From the IMG/VR virus record IMGVR_UViG_3300045988_010956: a stretch of 44,116 nucleotides of DNA; one strand, written 5' to 3'. The number at the start of each line of letters is the position of its first letter. Position 1 is the stretch's first letter. Made by a program: the position numbers and the translations under genes. A model generated the notes under the pieces. The model was not told the DNA's origin, did no database searches, and was given only the letters and a program-made list of their open reading frames with translations. Shown piece by piece: positions 8,546-16,857 of this stretch. The DNA comes from a virus.

Positions 8546-8929
8546 TTATACTCCCATCTTCTTAACCAGATTCTTATTCATCTCGTCAAATCTTACATCT
8601 GTGTTCTCTTCAATGTCCTGCATCATGCTCAGAACGCTTATTTCGCCCCTGTTTGCCATTTCAACATACCCATTGGCAGTTCTTACCACATCAAGCAATC
8701 GCTTCGTAGAAAAGCCATATAAACGCCTTAGAGCCATCATGGTTGTGACAGTGTTGATCGTATTGCTCCAATCCTCACCAATGGTAAAACCATCTTCATA
8801 GGCTTTCTGTTCCATGTCTTTAATTTGACTCTGGCAGTTCTGCATAGCTCGCCCGAACGCCTGAGCTGCCTGATTAGAAGTCTGAACAGGAAATCTGGTC
8901 TTTTTCTTGACTTTTAACTTGCTACTCAT
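8546..8929 (-). CDS. Hypothetical protein
   Basis: 127 aa; 4-nt overlap with the upstream gene. Confidence 0.55.
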   Translation of the reverse strand: MSSKLKVKKKTRFPVQTSNQAAQAFGRAMQNCQSQIKDMEQKAYEDGFTIGEDWSNTINTVTTMMALRRLYGFSTKRLLDVVRTANGYVEMANRGEISVLSMMQDIEENTDVRFDEMNKNLVKKMGV

Positions 8930-9189
8930 TTTTCCTTCACCTTTCTGAACTTATATCCTGTCACTCGATACGCTCGTGGCGTACCGGGGTTGTCTGTCGC
9001 AAGTAAACCACTTTCCAGTAATTCGCCGAAATGATTCTGCACGGTATGGCTAGATATGCTCAGACCTGCTGCGATTTCTGGAATGCTTGGCGGATAATTA
9101 TGTTCTTTCAAGTATCTTATGATGTATAGATATATGTCTTTCCTTGTCTGGATACCCTCATAGTACTTTCTTGCTGTGTTATATGGCAT
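8926..9189 (-). CDS. LexA-N-terminal-like winged-helix DNA-binding protein
   Basis: YIIRYLKEHNYPPSIPEIAAGLSISSHTVQNHFGELLESGLL resembles the LexA DNA-binding domain. There is no S24 peptidase part. The start MPYNTARKYY has RBS GAGGTGA; alternative ATGs lie at 9207 and 9243. Confidence 0.55.
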   Translation of the reverse strand: MPYNTARKYYEGIQTRKDIYLYIIRYLKEHNYPPSIPEIAAGLSISSHTVQNHFGELLESGLLATDNPGTPRAYRVTGYKFRKVKEK

Positions 9190-9203
9190 TTCTATCACCT
9201 CAT

Positions 9204-9431
9204 TCATACTTTGCATTTCCCCTTTGACGCATCTGCAGCCCATTTGTAAAAGGCCAAAGACAGATACCTTGCCAAACTGTCTGGATAGATTTCATATAAA
9301 TCCTCGATTTTTTTATGTAATGCATCAAAATATTCATCATCATTTTTAACATCGTAAAATTCTTTTATCGCCTTCCAGAACTCTGGCATGAACTTATGCA
9401 TGACCGGAATATCTTTAGCTTCTACTTTCAT
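9204..9431 (-). CDS. Hypothetical protein
   Basis: 75 aa; first gene downstream of the iteron region. Confidence 0.55.
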   Translation of the reverse strand: MKVEAKDIPVMHKFMPEFWKAIKEFYDVKNDDEYFDALHKKIEDLYEIYPDSLARYLSLAFYKWAADASKGKCKV

Positions 9432-9448
9432 TATTCACCTTCTTTATG

Positions 9449-9636
9449 AGTAACCTTCGTTAACCGAGAAGTAACCGAGCGAAAATCCGCAAACCCTTGA
9501 TTTTACTGGTAGGTAACCGAGTAACCGAGTAACCCTGACTTTCTCATATAGGGAAACTTTTATACTCAATATGTGCATATAAATACTCAAATATATATAT
9601 GCAGAATCAAAGGTTACCTAGGTTACCCGGTTACCT
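9449..9636. other. Putative replication origin: GTAACC(GAG) iterons flanking an AT-rich segment
   Basis: Direct copies at 9450, 9460 (TTAACC), 9471, 9513, 9521 and 9529. Inverted GGTTAC copies at 9612, 9621 and 9629. The AT-rich core between them includes ATATATATAT. The region is non-coding and next to the helicase gene. Confidence 0.6.
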
Positions 9637-9653
9637 TTTGGACGAATTGTTTA

Positions 9654-11561
9654 TCAATCAAATACAATATCGTCTGTAATCTCAAAATCATCATTACAAT
9701 TCACGAATCCTTTCGGAATTTCATCTACAATTTTCAAAAACACACATTTGGTAACAATTCCATCCAGTTTCTTTGCTTTGGTCGGATAACCTCTGCTGTC
9801 GGTTTCCACAAGCCCCTTCTTAACAGCCCATGACAAAAATGCTTTCCTGGAGAATCTTCCGATTTTGCATAAATCATCAAACGCTGCGCTATAGATTATT
9901 GCGGTTGACGTCTTCTCTGCCGGATCATTGTCAATAACTCCCCATCTTTCTGTCTTAACATCCGGGTTATCATCGAACTTAATTCCGTTCATAGCAATCT
10001 TATCAAGCACGAACCAGTAAGCGCGTTCGTTTTCAGATACCATTTCTTTCTCTGTCAGAAGATTCTTAGCTGTCTCAATGTCAATGTACTGGCCATCATG
10101 GAACAGGTGATCTGTTGCGATTTTATCTGCTGCCAAGATAATGCTCATTGATATACTCTGCTTCTGCATTTTATCATCATCCTGTATAAGGCTCTGAAAA
10201 TGCTTCTGCATGGCTTTTATATCGTCAATGGACATTTCCTTAACTACATTTACAAAATCAATTCCTGCGTACCCGTAGTTCTTCTTAAGGGTATCTGCGG
10301 TAAGCTGCGGATCATCAAATATCTTTTCAGAACACTCAATCTCAATAATTCGGTTGATCGCTCCACCCTGGCTGACATACCCGGCCAGTGGACGTTCACC
10401 GTTAGTAAGGATACAATTCTGCCAGCGATTCTCCCGGTTAACACCAAGTTCCTTGTTGGAACGGCTCTTTCCTTTTCCAGAACACAGGTCATATACAATT
10501 CCTTCGAAATTATCCCGGATTTTAGCCGATACTTTGGAAGTATCGTCCAGGATCAACGGTAAGTTGTTGAGCATATCAGACTTTGCTTCAAGGGCCACAT
10601 CGGTTGTTTTAAAATCTCCTATGTATCTGGATTCGCCAGGGTTCGCCCAGACAGAAGCTCCTAGCATAAGTGTTACAGTCTTACCACCCTCGGTTTCTCC
10701 CCAGAGGTCTACAAAAAATGGAAGGGCACCGACCAGTTTGATCAGAATACTGGCGAAGCTTGCGGCCAGCATGATTTTCGGCTCTATTCTTCCAGTAGCA
10801 CGAACATTCTTCACGTGCTCATACCATTCTGTCCTGCTGCCACCTACGCTGATACTTTCATACAGTTGTCGGAACCTCATGTCTCCATCGAACACAATAT
10901 CCTTGTCATAGGGAAGAAAATAATCCCTGATCCACCCGATTTTACTTGATGAATATTGAATATTGATATAATCGTCATTGGCATTCTCTACGTCTGACAG
11001 ATACCGGACAAGGAACTTCGCATTCTCAGAAGTCACTGAAATACCAAGCGCGGATAAACCAACAATTTTGCTCGCTGACGCAACCATGGTTTTTGGAACA
11101 ATAACCTCTGACCACTTATTATTCCTCTTATAGATTAGCTTTATCTGTTCTTCTCCGGTCTCCAGATTCTTCATTCTCTCTATTGGAAGTATAGGATGAT
11201 AACAAGCTATGATGTCCGGTGATCCTGGATTCGTATTTGATATTCTGATCCCATCATCATCTGCTACCCAGTTAAGGCACTTCATTCTGTCGTATTCGCA
11301 ATCAGAGAAATTAGTCCACTGGTCCAGCATCGAAACAGCCTTGCTACTTTTTTCTTTTTCAATCATCTGCTTCTGTACTTTCGTATAAGCCTTCAGCAAA
11401 TCTTCAAATTTTTTCTTTACGCCAAGCTCCTTGGCTCTGTCCAGAAGAGTCAGCGTAAGACGTGCCTTGTATATCTCGTCTTCCTGGCTGAATATCTCGT
11501 CAAACACTTCTTCGTCCAGAATAGAATCCTTCGTGAGCTTGTTTATCATTTCCACTTTCAA
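9654..11561 (-). CDS. Replicative helicase-like P-loop NTPase (DUF927/Cch-like)
   Basis: 635 aa; Walker A LWGETEGGKTVTL; Walker B-like LPLILDDTS; 4-nt overlap with the upstream CHC2 finger gene. Confidence 0.6.
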   Translation of the reverse strand: MKVEMINKLTKDSILDEEVFDEIFSQEDEIYKARLTLTLLDRAKELGVKKKFEDLLKAYTKVQKQMIEKEKSSKAVSMLDQWTNFSDCEYDRMKCLNWVADDDGIRISNTNPGSPDIIACYHPILPIERMKNLETGEEQIKLIYKRNNKWSEVIVPKTMVASASKIVGLSALGISVTSENAKFLVRYLSDVENANDDYINIQYSSSKIGWIRDYFLPYDKDIVFDGDMRFRQLYESISVGGSRTEWYEHVKNVRATGRIEPKIMLAASFASILIKLVGALPFFVDLWGETEGGKTVTLMLGASVWANPGESRYIGDFKTTDVALEAKSDMLNNLPLILDDTSKVSAKIRDNFEGIVYDLCSGKGKSRSNKELGVNRENRWQNCILTNGERPLAGYVSQGGAINRIIEIECSEKIFDDPQLTADTLKKNYGYAGIDFVNVVKEMSIDDIKAMQKHFQSLIQDDDKMQKQSISMSIILAADKIATDHLFHDGQYIDIETAKNLLTEKEMVSENERAYWFVLDKIAMNGIKFDDNPDVKTERWGVIDNDPAEKTSTAIIYSAAFDDLCKIGRFSRKAFLSWAVKKGLVETDSRGYPTKAKKLDGIVTKCVFLKIVDEIPKGFVNCNDDFEITDDIVFD

Positions 11562-12049
11562 TCACCTTCTTCCAGTCCTGTTATGAATCCATGGTGATAT
11601 AGCGCAAGTTGCAACCTGTTCCATGCTTCACACCATCCGTCAGATAATGGTTTTACCCTGCCAATGATAGCCCGGTAGAAATCTATATCAGACAAGCATT
11701 CTTGCAGTTCAGCCTTTTTCTTCTGTTCTTCCTTCTGTCGCATTTCCATCTGTTTCTGATGGCGGTATATTGCCATTCTGGAAGAGAAATCTGGTTTCTG
11801 GTAAGTTCCCCCAAGTATGGTAAAAGCTGTCTTAAAATCGCAATTATCCATATTCTGAACGAAAGTAAAAATATCTCCAGTCGCGCCACATCCGAAGCAA
11901 TAGTAGCTGTCTTTGTAAATTTTCATTGAAGCAGTACGGTCGCCGCTATGAAAGGGGCACTGTATAAAGCCGGCTCTGTTTGGAACCATGCCATATCTAT
12001 TCAGGACATCTCTCATACTGTTCTGCTGCTTAATTTCTTCTTTCGTCAT
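11558..12049 (-). CDS. CHC2 (DnaG-type) zinc-finger protein
   Basis: The sequence CPFHSGDRTASMKIYKDSYYCFGCGATGDIFTFV is the primase CHC2 finger. At 163 aa, no TOPRIM domain is visible. Confidence 0.7.
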   Translation of the reverse strand: MTKEEIKQQNSMRDVLNRYGMVPNRAGFIQCPFHSGDRTASMKIYKDSYYCFGCGATGDIFTFVQNMDNCDFKTAFTILGGTYQKPDFSSRMAIYRHQKQMEMRQKEEQKKKAELQECLSDIDFYRAIIGRVKPLSDGWCEAWNRLQLALYHHGFITGLEEGD

Positions 12050-12543
12050 GTCAGTAACTCCACGATTCGCCGTCCAGTCTCTTCTTTTGTACAGAATTCA
12101 AATCGGACGCCGTATTTATCTCTGATCGTGCAAAGAGATTTGTACAACTGGCAACCATCAACAGCCTTGTCCGATATTACAGTCTTAACCTTTTTACCGT
12201 TTACTGTCTTCCAGATAACTTTGTGCTTTCTTGGATTCTCCCAGAAATACACGTCACCTACACTCTTGATATCTGACCCATGTTCGCAAAGAATAATTAG
12301 CTGTATACCTGCTTCACGGGCCCTGATAAGCTCTGCCTTGAATCTTTCGTGTTGCTGGCAGACATTTCCACATAGCTCTTGTAAATCCTTTTTGCGGTCA
12401 ATACAGAGCTTTGCATTGTCCAAAGACTGATAATCTCCACAGTATAACTTTGATCGGAAATACTGTACTCCAAGGCTGTCAAACTGCTTTTGAATCCGTT
12501 CCCATTCCTTTTTGTGTTCACGTGTATCACATTGTACGACCAA
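12046..12543 (-). CDS. ERCC4/Mus81-type nuclease-like protein (putative junction resolvase)
   Basis: Pattern DTRE...CGDYQS...CIDRKKDLQEL, matching the GDxn(E/D)RKxxxD signature. Confidence 0.5.
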   Translation of the reverse strand: MVVQCDTREHKKEWERIQKQFDSLGVQYFRSKLYCGDYQSLDNAKLCIDRKKDLQELCGNVCQQHERFKAELIRAREAGIQLIILCEHGSDIKSVGDVYFWENPRKHKVIWKTVNGKKVKTVISDKAVDGCQLYKSLCTIRDKYGVRFEFCTKEETGRRIVELLT

Positions 12544-13164
12544 TCAGATCACATCCTTCTGGTATTTGTATTTTCCAAAGAATTCACTATACTGTTTTAT
12601 AATCTCCCAACGATTTTCGTAACGATTCCACTTACTATTCTCTCCTACTCCTATTTGCGTTTTTCCGAGGGTTGAACAGGAAGGGATTATTAATACCTTC
12701 CGACATGTTTCATCATCATTCAAACAATATAAAAGGAAGATGTCGCAAGTCGGATTTTTCTTTTCAAGGTTGAATGCAAATGCCTTTGAATTGCAATTGT
12801 TTGTAAATTCCTTAGATACTTTTACGTCTATTTTTACACTGTTATCAGTAAGCAAATCATAAGGGTGCCTTGAGCTTGTTTGTACACTATTCAATCCGAC
12901 ATTCTCGTAAATATCTGAAATTGCTTTTATTTCATATTTGTTTCCAAAAGTTGTATCAGAATATTTAAGAGGCAGTCCAAGTTTTTCAGCCCAATATACA
13001 GTCCCTTTATGCTTTGCAATCTTGCAAGCAAGGCTTTTGTTTCCAAAAACTTCTATCATTTCGGAATGAGTTGGAAAATGATCTAAATTCAATTTCTCAA
13101 CAACTATCATGATATTTTCTTTGATAAGATCGTCGTTCCATGGTATTCCATGTGTATATCCCAT
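12544..13164 (-). CDS. Free-standing PD-(D/E)XK-like endonuclease (possible homing endonuclease)
   Basis: 206 aa. PYDLL...VKIDVKVS fits the D...(D/E)xK motif. GC is clearly lower than in the neighbours. Confidence 0.4.
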   Translation of the reverse strand: MGYTHGIPWNDDLIKENIMIVVEKLNLDHFPTHSEMIEVFGNKSLACKIAKHKGTVYWAEKLGLPLKYSDTTFGNKYEIKAISDIYENVGLNSVQTSSRHPYDLLTDNSVKIDVKVSKEFTNNCNSKAFAFNLEKKNPTCDIFLLYCLNDDETCRKVLIIPSCSTLGKTQIGVGENSKWNRYENRWEIIKQYSEFFGKYKYQKDVI

Positions 13165-13179
13165 TAACTCACCTCTATA

Positions 13180-13791
13180 TTAATTGAACGGAAGGACATC
13201 ATCTGCTACGCTGTCTGGAATACTAATAAAGTCCGTACCTGCCGGATTCGCTCCCATGATAGCTTTTTCTTTCAGATGATCGTCATAGGCTTTTGTGGTG
13301 CGCTCTTCTGGAATATCTGCATCTTTGATTCCTTCCACGCTGCGGAACCATGCAAGCTTGTGGCGTTTCACTTCTTTATTGTCGTACCAGTCTTTCTCCA
13401 GACGGAAGATGCCACCGATCAGCTTGCCTTTGAACTGCTGTCCGAAGTTATCGCCCCACTTAACAGCAAATCCCGGATTTGACTTTTCTACACATGTAAT
13501 GAATGTTTTGAGATTACGAACACCATAATCTACACTCTCGTCAATAACCATGTAGTTTGTGCCTGCATTCGGGTATTTCTTGTCTGGGCGAATATCATTC
13601 TCAAACTGCTTCATAAAATAACCTGCCTGCTCGTCTCCATCTGCGAAATCAAACAGGACAACGATCATATTCAGTCCGCCCTGGGACTGACGTTCGGACA
13701 CCTGCTTAATAACCATTTTGTGACCACCAAGCTTAATTGGTTCAAATTCTCCTGCTGCCTGTGTTGTATCATAGCTATTTGGTTTCTGCAT
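13180..13791 (-). CDS. DUF669-like phage protein (ssDNA-binding/annealing module partner)
   Basis: 203 aa. It sits directly downstream of the AAA ATPase, as in many Firmicutes phages. The N-terminus has the form ...EFEPIKLGGHKMVIKQV. Confidence 0.45.
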   Translation of the reverse strand: MQKPNSYDTTQAAGEFEPIKLGGHKMVIKQVSERQSQGGLNMIVVLFDFADGDEQAGYFMKQFENDIRPDKKYPNAGTNYMVIDESVDYGVRNLKTFITCVEKSNPGFAVKWGDNFGQQFKGKLIGGIFRLEKDWYDNKEVKRHKLAWFRSVEGIKDADIPEERTTKAYDDHLKEKAIMGANPAGTDFISIPDSVADDVLPFN

Positions 13792-14431
13792 TGTCTGCTC
13801 CTCCTAATTCATAATAATCTCTGATAACCTTATCCACCTCTGCAAGGTCGTTATCAATAGTCAAACTGTCAAACATCCCAATCGGGGACTTGCTTACCGC
13901 TCCCTGACTGGACTGAGTGACAAATAAGTGTTTTCCGCTCTCTTCAATACAGCGAAGAACGATAGTAAACATGCCCTCGATACAAACCTTTTCGTCCAGA
14001 AGTTTACCAATTGTCTTAGGCTTTACTTCCCCGGAATCATCTTTTTCTTCATGCATCATAAGGTAAACAATTTTATTCTGCGGTACTTTTGTTACAATGA
14101 ACTGGATAAGATTCCAGAAATAGTCTCCAATATCATTGTACAGAGCAAACACTGCATTGCCTTTTCCAGCAGAAGCGTGTCCTTTCATGAAATGATTCGT
14201 AATAAGATAACCTGCATCATCAATTACAATTGACTCCGCTTTTGATGCGATCAGGCACTTCATTACCTGCTGGTAATCATCTGTAAACCATCCGTCAATC
14301 TTTCCTTTGAACGGAAGCGGCTTGTTCAATACTCTGATAAGGTTCCAGTCAGAATTCTGGCAGTTTCTCAAACTGGTGCTTTTACCGGAACCAGATTTTC
14401 CAATAATCAATACTGGTGTTGCCATTGTCAT
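13775..14431 (-). CDS. AAA/P-loop ATPase (phage nucleotide-binding, Sak4-like)
   Basis: Walker A IIGKSGSGKSTS; Walker B-like SIVIDDAGY. Confidence 0.65.
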   Translation of the reverse strand: MTMATPVLIIGKSGSGKSTSLRNCQNSDWNLIRVLNKPLPFKGKIDGWFTDDYQQVMKCLIASKAESIVIDDAGYLITNHFMKGHASAGKGNAVFALYNDIGDYFWNLIQFIVTKVPQNKIVYLMMHEEKDDSGEVKPKTIGKLLDEKVCIEGMFTIVLRCIEESGKHLFVTQSSQGAVSKSPIGMFDSLTIDNDLAEVDKVIRDYYELGGADNAETK

Positions 14432-14628
14432 TCCTCCTTGTCATAAACCACATGTTTGCTGCCCTCAACGATCAGCAAGCTTGCGATATCTTTCATTGAT
14501 AAGGTCGATTCGTTATAGATTTCAACCAGTGCGTTGTATGCGTCTGGCGAAACTTTTACAGCCGGGTTATCCTTATCAGTTGCAGGCTGTTTCTTTCTCG
14601 CCGGAATACGGATTTCAAACTCGCTCAT
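14428..14628 (-). CDS. Hypothetical protein
   Basis: 66 aa; 4-nt overlap with the downstream gene. Confidence 0.55.
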   Translation of the reverse strand: MSEFEIRIPARKKQPATDKDNPAVKVSPDAYNALVEIYNESTLSMKDIASLLIVEGSKHVVYDKEE

Positions 14629-14756
14629 TGATACTTTCCTCCTTGTAAGATTTCTGAGCCGCTAAAAGCCCATTTAGAGCTTGTGTGTAACTCGCTAATG
14701 TTCTCGCCTTATACTGCTCCTCTATTGGATTATCTGGAGCAATTGCAAGCTGAACA

Positions 14757-15035
14757 TCAATCAGTCTCAAGACTTCTTGTATTCTTTCGTTCATAGACTG
14801 GCTCCTTTAACTGCTTAAAAAAACAATAGATCGCGTCTGACTTATCTCCCATGCCCGGAACCGTCTTACCGTTCTGAATGGAATCAGTGGCGTGATATTC
14901 GAGATGGTCGATAAACATATCTGGATTTTCCCAATCAACAATAGGCACATTTCGCTTGTTCAGTTCCTCCAAGAGGACATTCACTGCAAGTACCATATCC
15001 CATTTTGGAAGAAGCCTTAATTTTTCAAGATTCAT
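14757..15035 (-). CDS. Hypothetical protein
   Basis: 92-aa ORF. Confidence 0.55.
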   Translation of the reverse strand: MNLEKLRLLPKWDMVLAVNVLLEELNKRNVPIVDWENPDMFIDHLEYHATDSIQNGKTVPGMGDKSDAIYCFFKQLKEPVYERKNTRSLETD

Positions 15036-15291
15036 TTAACGGACACCTCCCATTGATAAGCAGTCCCAGAAGACATTTCTTTGCATTTTCGTAATTCTGA
15101 GATTCGGACTCAAAGTCGTGAAACTGGCATAATATAAAATGCCTTATAATTTCCCCGGAATTATTAAAAATATAGATGACAACTACAGACATGTCATCAT
15201 GCGCCGTATAGTCAAAATTCACATGCGCCGTTGTTTCACTTGAAATTCTCAGACACAATTCAAATAATTCTTTAATTTTCTCCTCGTTCAT
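15025..15291 (-). CDS. Hypothetical protein
   Basis: 88-aa ORF. Confidence 0.55.
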   Translation of the reverse strand: MNEEKIKELFELCLRISSETTAHVNFDYTAHDDMSVVVIYIFNNSGEIIRHFILCQFHDFESESQNYENAKKCLLGLLINGRCPLNES

Positions 15292-15309
15292 TGTTCATTT
15301 TTTCTCCTT

Positions 15310-15456
15310 TCATAAATTTCCTATCAGAATCAGACTTATAACTGCCGCTGTCAGAATCCGATCAAGTCCGTTTGTCCACTCCCATACTGGAAGAAATGTT
15401 GAAAGGATCCCGATTACTATTGACATCAGAACTTCTCGTTTACGATATTTCTTCAT
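15310..15456 (-). CDS. Small membrane protein (48 aa, below the track cutoff)
   Basis: Own translation: MKKYRKREVLMSIVIGILSTFLPVWEWTNGLDRILTAAVISLILIGNL. RBS AAAGGAGG. Confidence 0.5.
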   Translation of the reverse strand: MKKYRKREVLMSIVIGILSTFLPVWEWTNGLDRILTAAVISLILIGNL

Positions 15457-15468
15457 TTATGCCTCCTT

Positions 15469-15657
15469 TTATCTAAGAAATACCCACGCTGCATTTGAAA
15501 GAATCAATGCTGCCATGGTAATTCCCCATGCACAGAACCATTTCTGTGTCTGTTTCTTGGCTTCTCTTACGACTTCTACTGCGTAGAAGTTTTCAAAATC
15601 TTCAAAGCTTGTTATCTTTGCACTGTCCATTGTGCTTTTACCCTCGGTTTTCTTCAT
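15469..15657 (-). CDS. Small membrane protein
   Basis: 62 aa; C-terminal TM segment WFCAWGITMAALILSNAAWVFL. Confidence 0.55.
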   Translation of the reverse strand: MKKTEGKSTMDSAKITSFEDFENFYAVEVVREAKKQTQKWFCAWGITMAALILSNAAWVFLR

Positions 15658-15779
15658 AAAAAATCCTCCTGTTCTCTTGCGAAATACAGGAAGAAATGAT
15701 ATGATTGTCCTGTAATCCGCTAAGGTTGGTTTAGTGGTTTACGGCTCCGGGGTGGAGGTGTCGACTCCCTCCGGGGCGC

Positions 15780-15938
15780 TTACGTCAAATTTGCTTCTTT
15801 TCTTCGATAGTAGCTCAAGATGATTCTTGAACACTCATCTACAATTCTCTGATTGTCTTCCGGTGTGTTATCCTTGCAGTAATCATCATGTATCCTGATT
15901 ACCCCAGACCCTTTTTTGATTGTTTTGATTACTGCCAT
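15780..15938 (-). CDS. Small hypothetical protein (52 aa, below the track cutoff)
   Basis: Own translation: MAVIKTIKKGSGVIRIHDDYCKDNTPEDNQRIVDECSRIILSYYRRKEANLT. RBS GGAGAG. Confidence 0.45.
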   Translation of the reverse strand: MAVIKTIKKGSGVIRIHDDYCKDNTPEDNQRIVDECSRIILSYYRRKEANLT

Positions 15939-15953
15939 TACAAACTCTCCTTT

Positions 15954-16148
15954 CTACAATAGATTATGATATTTGGCTTCAAGATCAGAGACTCTTTCTT
16001 CAAGTGATTTAGGCTCATTGTTAAGAACACCCACAACCTTGTCCCAGAGACCTGTTTCAAGTAATCTATTCCAGTCTTTTGTTGTTGTGTTTATTACAAC
16101 CGTCATTCGTCCGAGAATGTCTTTGCGTTCTATACAATCAAACATCAT
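15954..16148 (-). CDS. Hypothetical protein
   Basis: 64-aa ORF. Confidence 0.5.
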   Translation of the reverse strand: MMFDCIERKDILGRMTVVINTTTKDWNRLLETGLWDKVVGVLNNEPKSLEERVSDLEAKYHNLL

Positions 16149-16156
16149 TTACTCCT

Positions 16157-16310
16157 TTATGAACTTTCTTTCTGTGCCTTATCAGAATCATCTGGCTTAT
16201 TCTCGGAAAAACTTTCCGTCTTACCGAGAATGTATCCCTTGTCAAATTCCGACATATTAGGAATCGCGTCTTTCAGCTTTTCAACGATTCTTTTTTTCTT
16301 TTTCTGACAT
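16157..16310 (-). CDS. Small acidic protein; the SD-linked ATG is out of frame with the ORF body at an A7 run
   Basis: AAAGGAG - 7 nt - ATG at 16308..16310 reads MSEKEKKNR*. The long frame (track ORF 16157..16378) continues ...RIVEKLKDAIPNMSEFDKGYILG... One fewer A would join the two frames. Confidence 0.4.
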
Positions 16311-16360
16311 GTGCTCACTCCTTTCTTGTGATATACTCCCTGTAGATGGGAGGTGATTAA

Positions 16361-16648
16361 ATGATAACTGGGAAACAATATCGGCTAATGAGGTCCGTTC
16401 TTAAAAATAACGGAACCACTGCACAAGATACCGAGAATCACGAAATGTATAGATACTTAGCATCTAAAGGATTCTTGCACAAGCAACCCGTGCGTGGGTA
16501 TGAGGGCTATGTGGTCACTCAAGACGGTGAAGTTGAAATGAAAATATACAGAGAAGATACTTACCGTTTTAAAGTGACTACTGCAATCTCATTCATTGCT
16601 CTTATCACAAGTATCGTTTCCGCAATTTTGAAATTCTGTATCAAGTAG
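16361..16648 (+). CDS. Plus-strand tail-anchored membrane protein embedded antisense in the early operon
   Basis: 95 aa; strong RBS GGAGGTG before the ATG; TGATATACT extended -10 at 16328..16336; C-terminal TM segment ISFIALITSIVSAILKF. It fills a gap that is otherwise non-coding on the minus strand. Confidence 0.6.
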   Translation: MITGKQYRLMRSVLKNNGTTAQDTENHEMYRYLASKGFLHKQPVRGYEGYVVTQDGEVEMKIYREDTYRFKVTTAISFIALITSIVSAILKFCIK

Positions 16649-16819
16649 ATCGTCTGCAAGATGTCCGAGTGGTATTCTTTTGCCGGGTTCCAGATGGATA
16701 GGATTTGGAAGCTCTAATCCATTCGCTTCCCCGGTAAGAATCGCCACTTTTAACTGATTTACCTGTTTCTGCAAATCTCTTACATAATCAAATAGATACT
16801 GAATATCTGATTTGTTCAA
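16589..16819 (-). CDS. Hypothetical protein (TTG start)
   Basis: 76 aa; first ORF after the cro-like gene. Its last ~20 codons overlap the convergent plus-strand gene. Confidence 0.45.
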   Translation of the reverse strand: MNKSDIQYLFDYVRDLQKQVNQLKVAILTGEANGLELPNPIHLEPGKRIPLGHLADDLLDTEFQNCGNDTCDKSNE

Positions 16820-16838
16820 TTATTAACTGCTCCCTTCT

Positions 16839-16857
16839 AATTCAATTTAATTGAAGT
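16839..16857. promoter_or_regulatory. Operator-like near-palindrome AATTCAA-N5-TTGAAGT
   Basis: Same half-site and spacing as the two operators in the switch region. It overlaps the stop codon of the cro-like gene. Confidence 0.4.

Noticed and set aside
9449-9636. Short repeated GTAACCGAG units as a CRISPR array
   Set aside because: The repeats are 6-9 nt, partly abutting and partly inverted, with no spacers of CRISPR length and no cas genes. An iteron origin fits better.
14629-14756. Possible ORF (VLRLIDVQLAIAPDNPIEEQYKARTLASYTQALNGLLAAQKSYKEE...) filling the gap between two early genes
   Set aside because: The frame is open but has no ATG or GTG with an RBS; only a TTG or CTG lies inside the upstream gene. 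I cannot support it as a gene, and it could be a recoding extension.
15740-15782. GC-rich segment CCGGGGTGGAGGTGTCGACTCCCTCCGGGG as a terminator or RNA element
   Set aside because: Only a 5-bp GGAGG/CCTCC stem can form. The CCGGGG units are direct rather than inverted repeats, and there is no U-tract.
16295-16336. Fourth copy of the late-promoter element (GACATGTGCTCAC...TGATATACT, plus strand)
   Set aside because: Only ACATGT and a few flanking bases match, and the spacing to the -10 box is 7 nt shorter. I treat it as an ordinary extended -10 promoter for the plus-strand gene.
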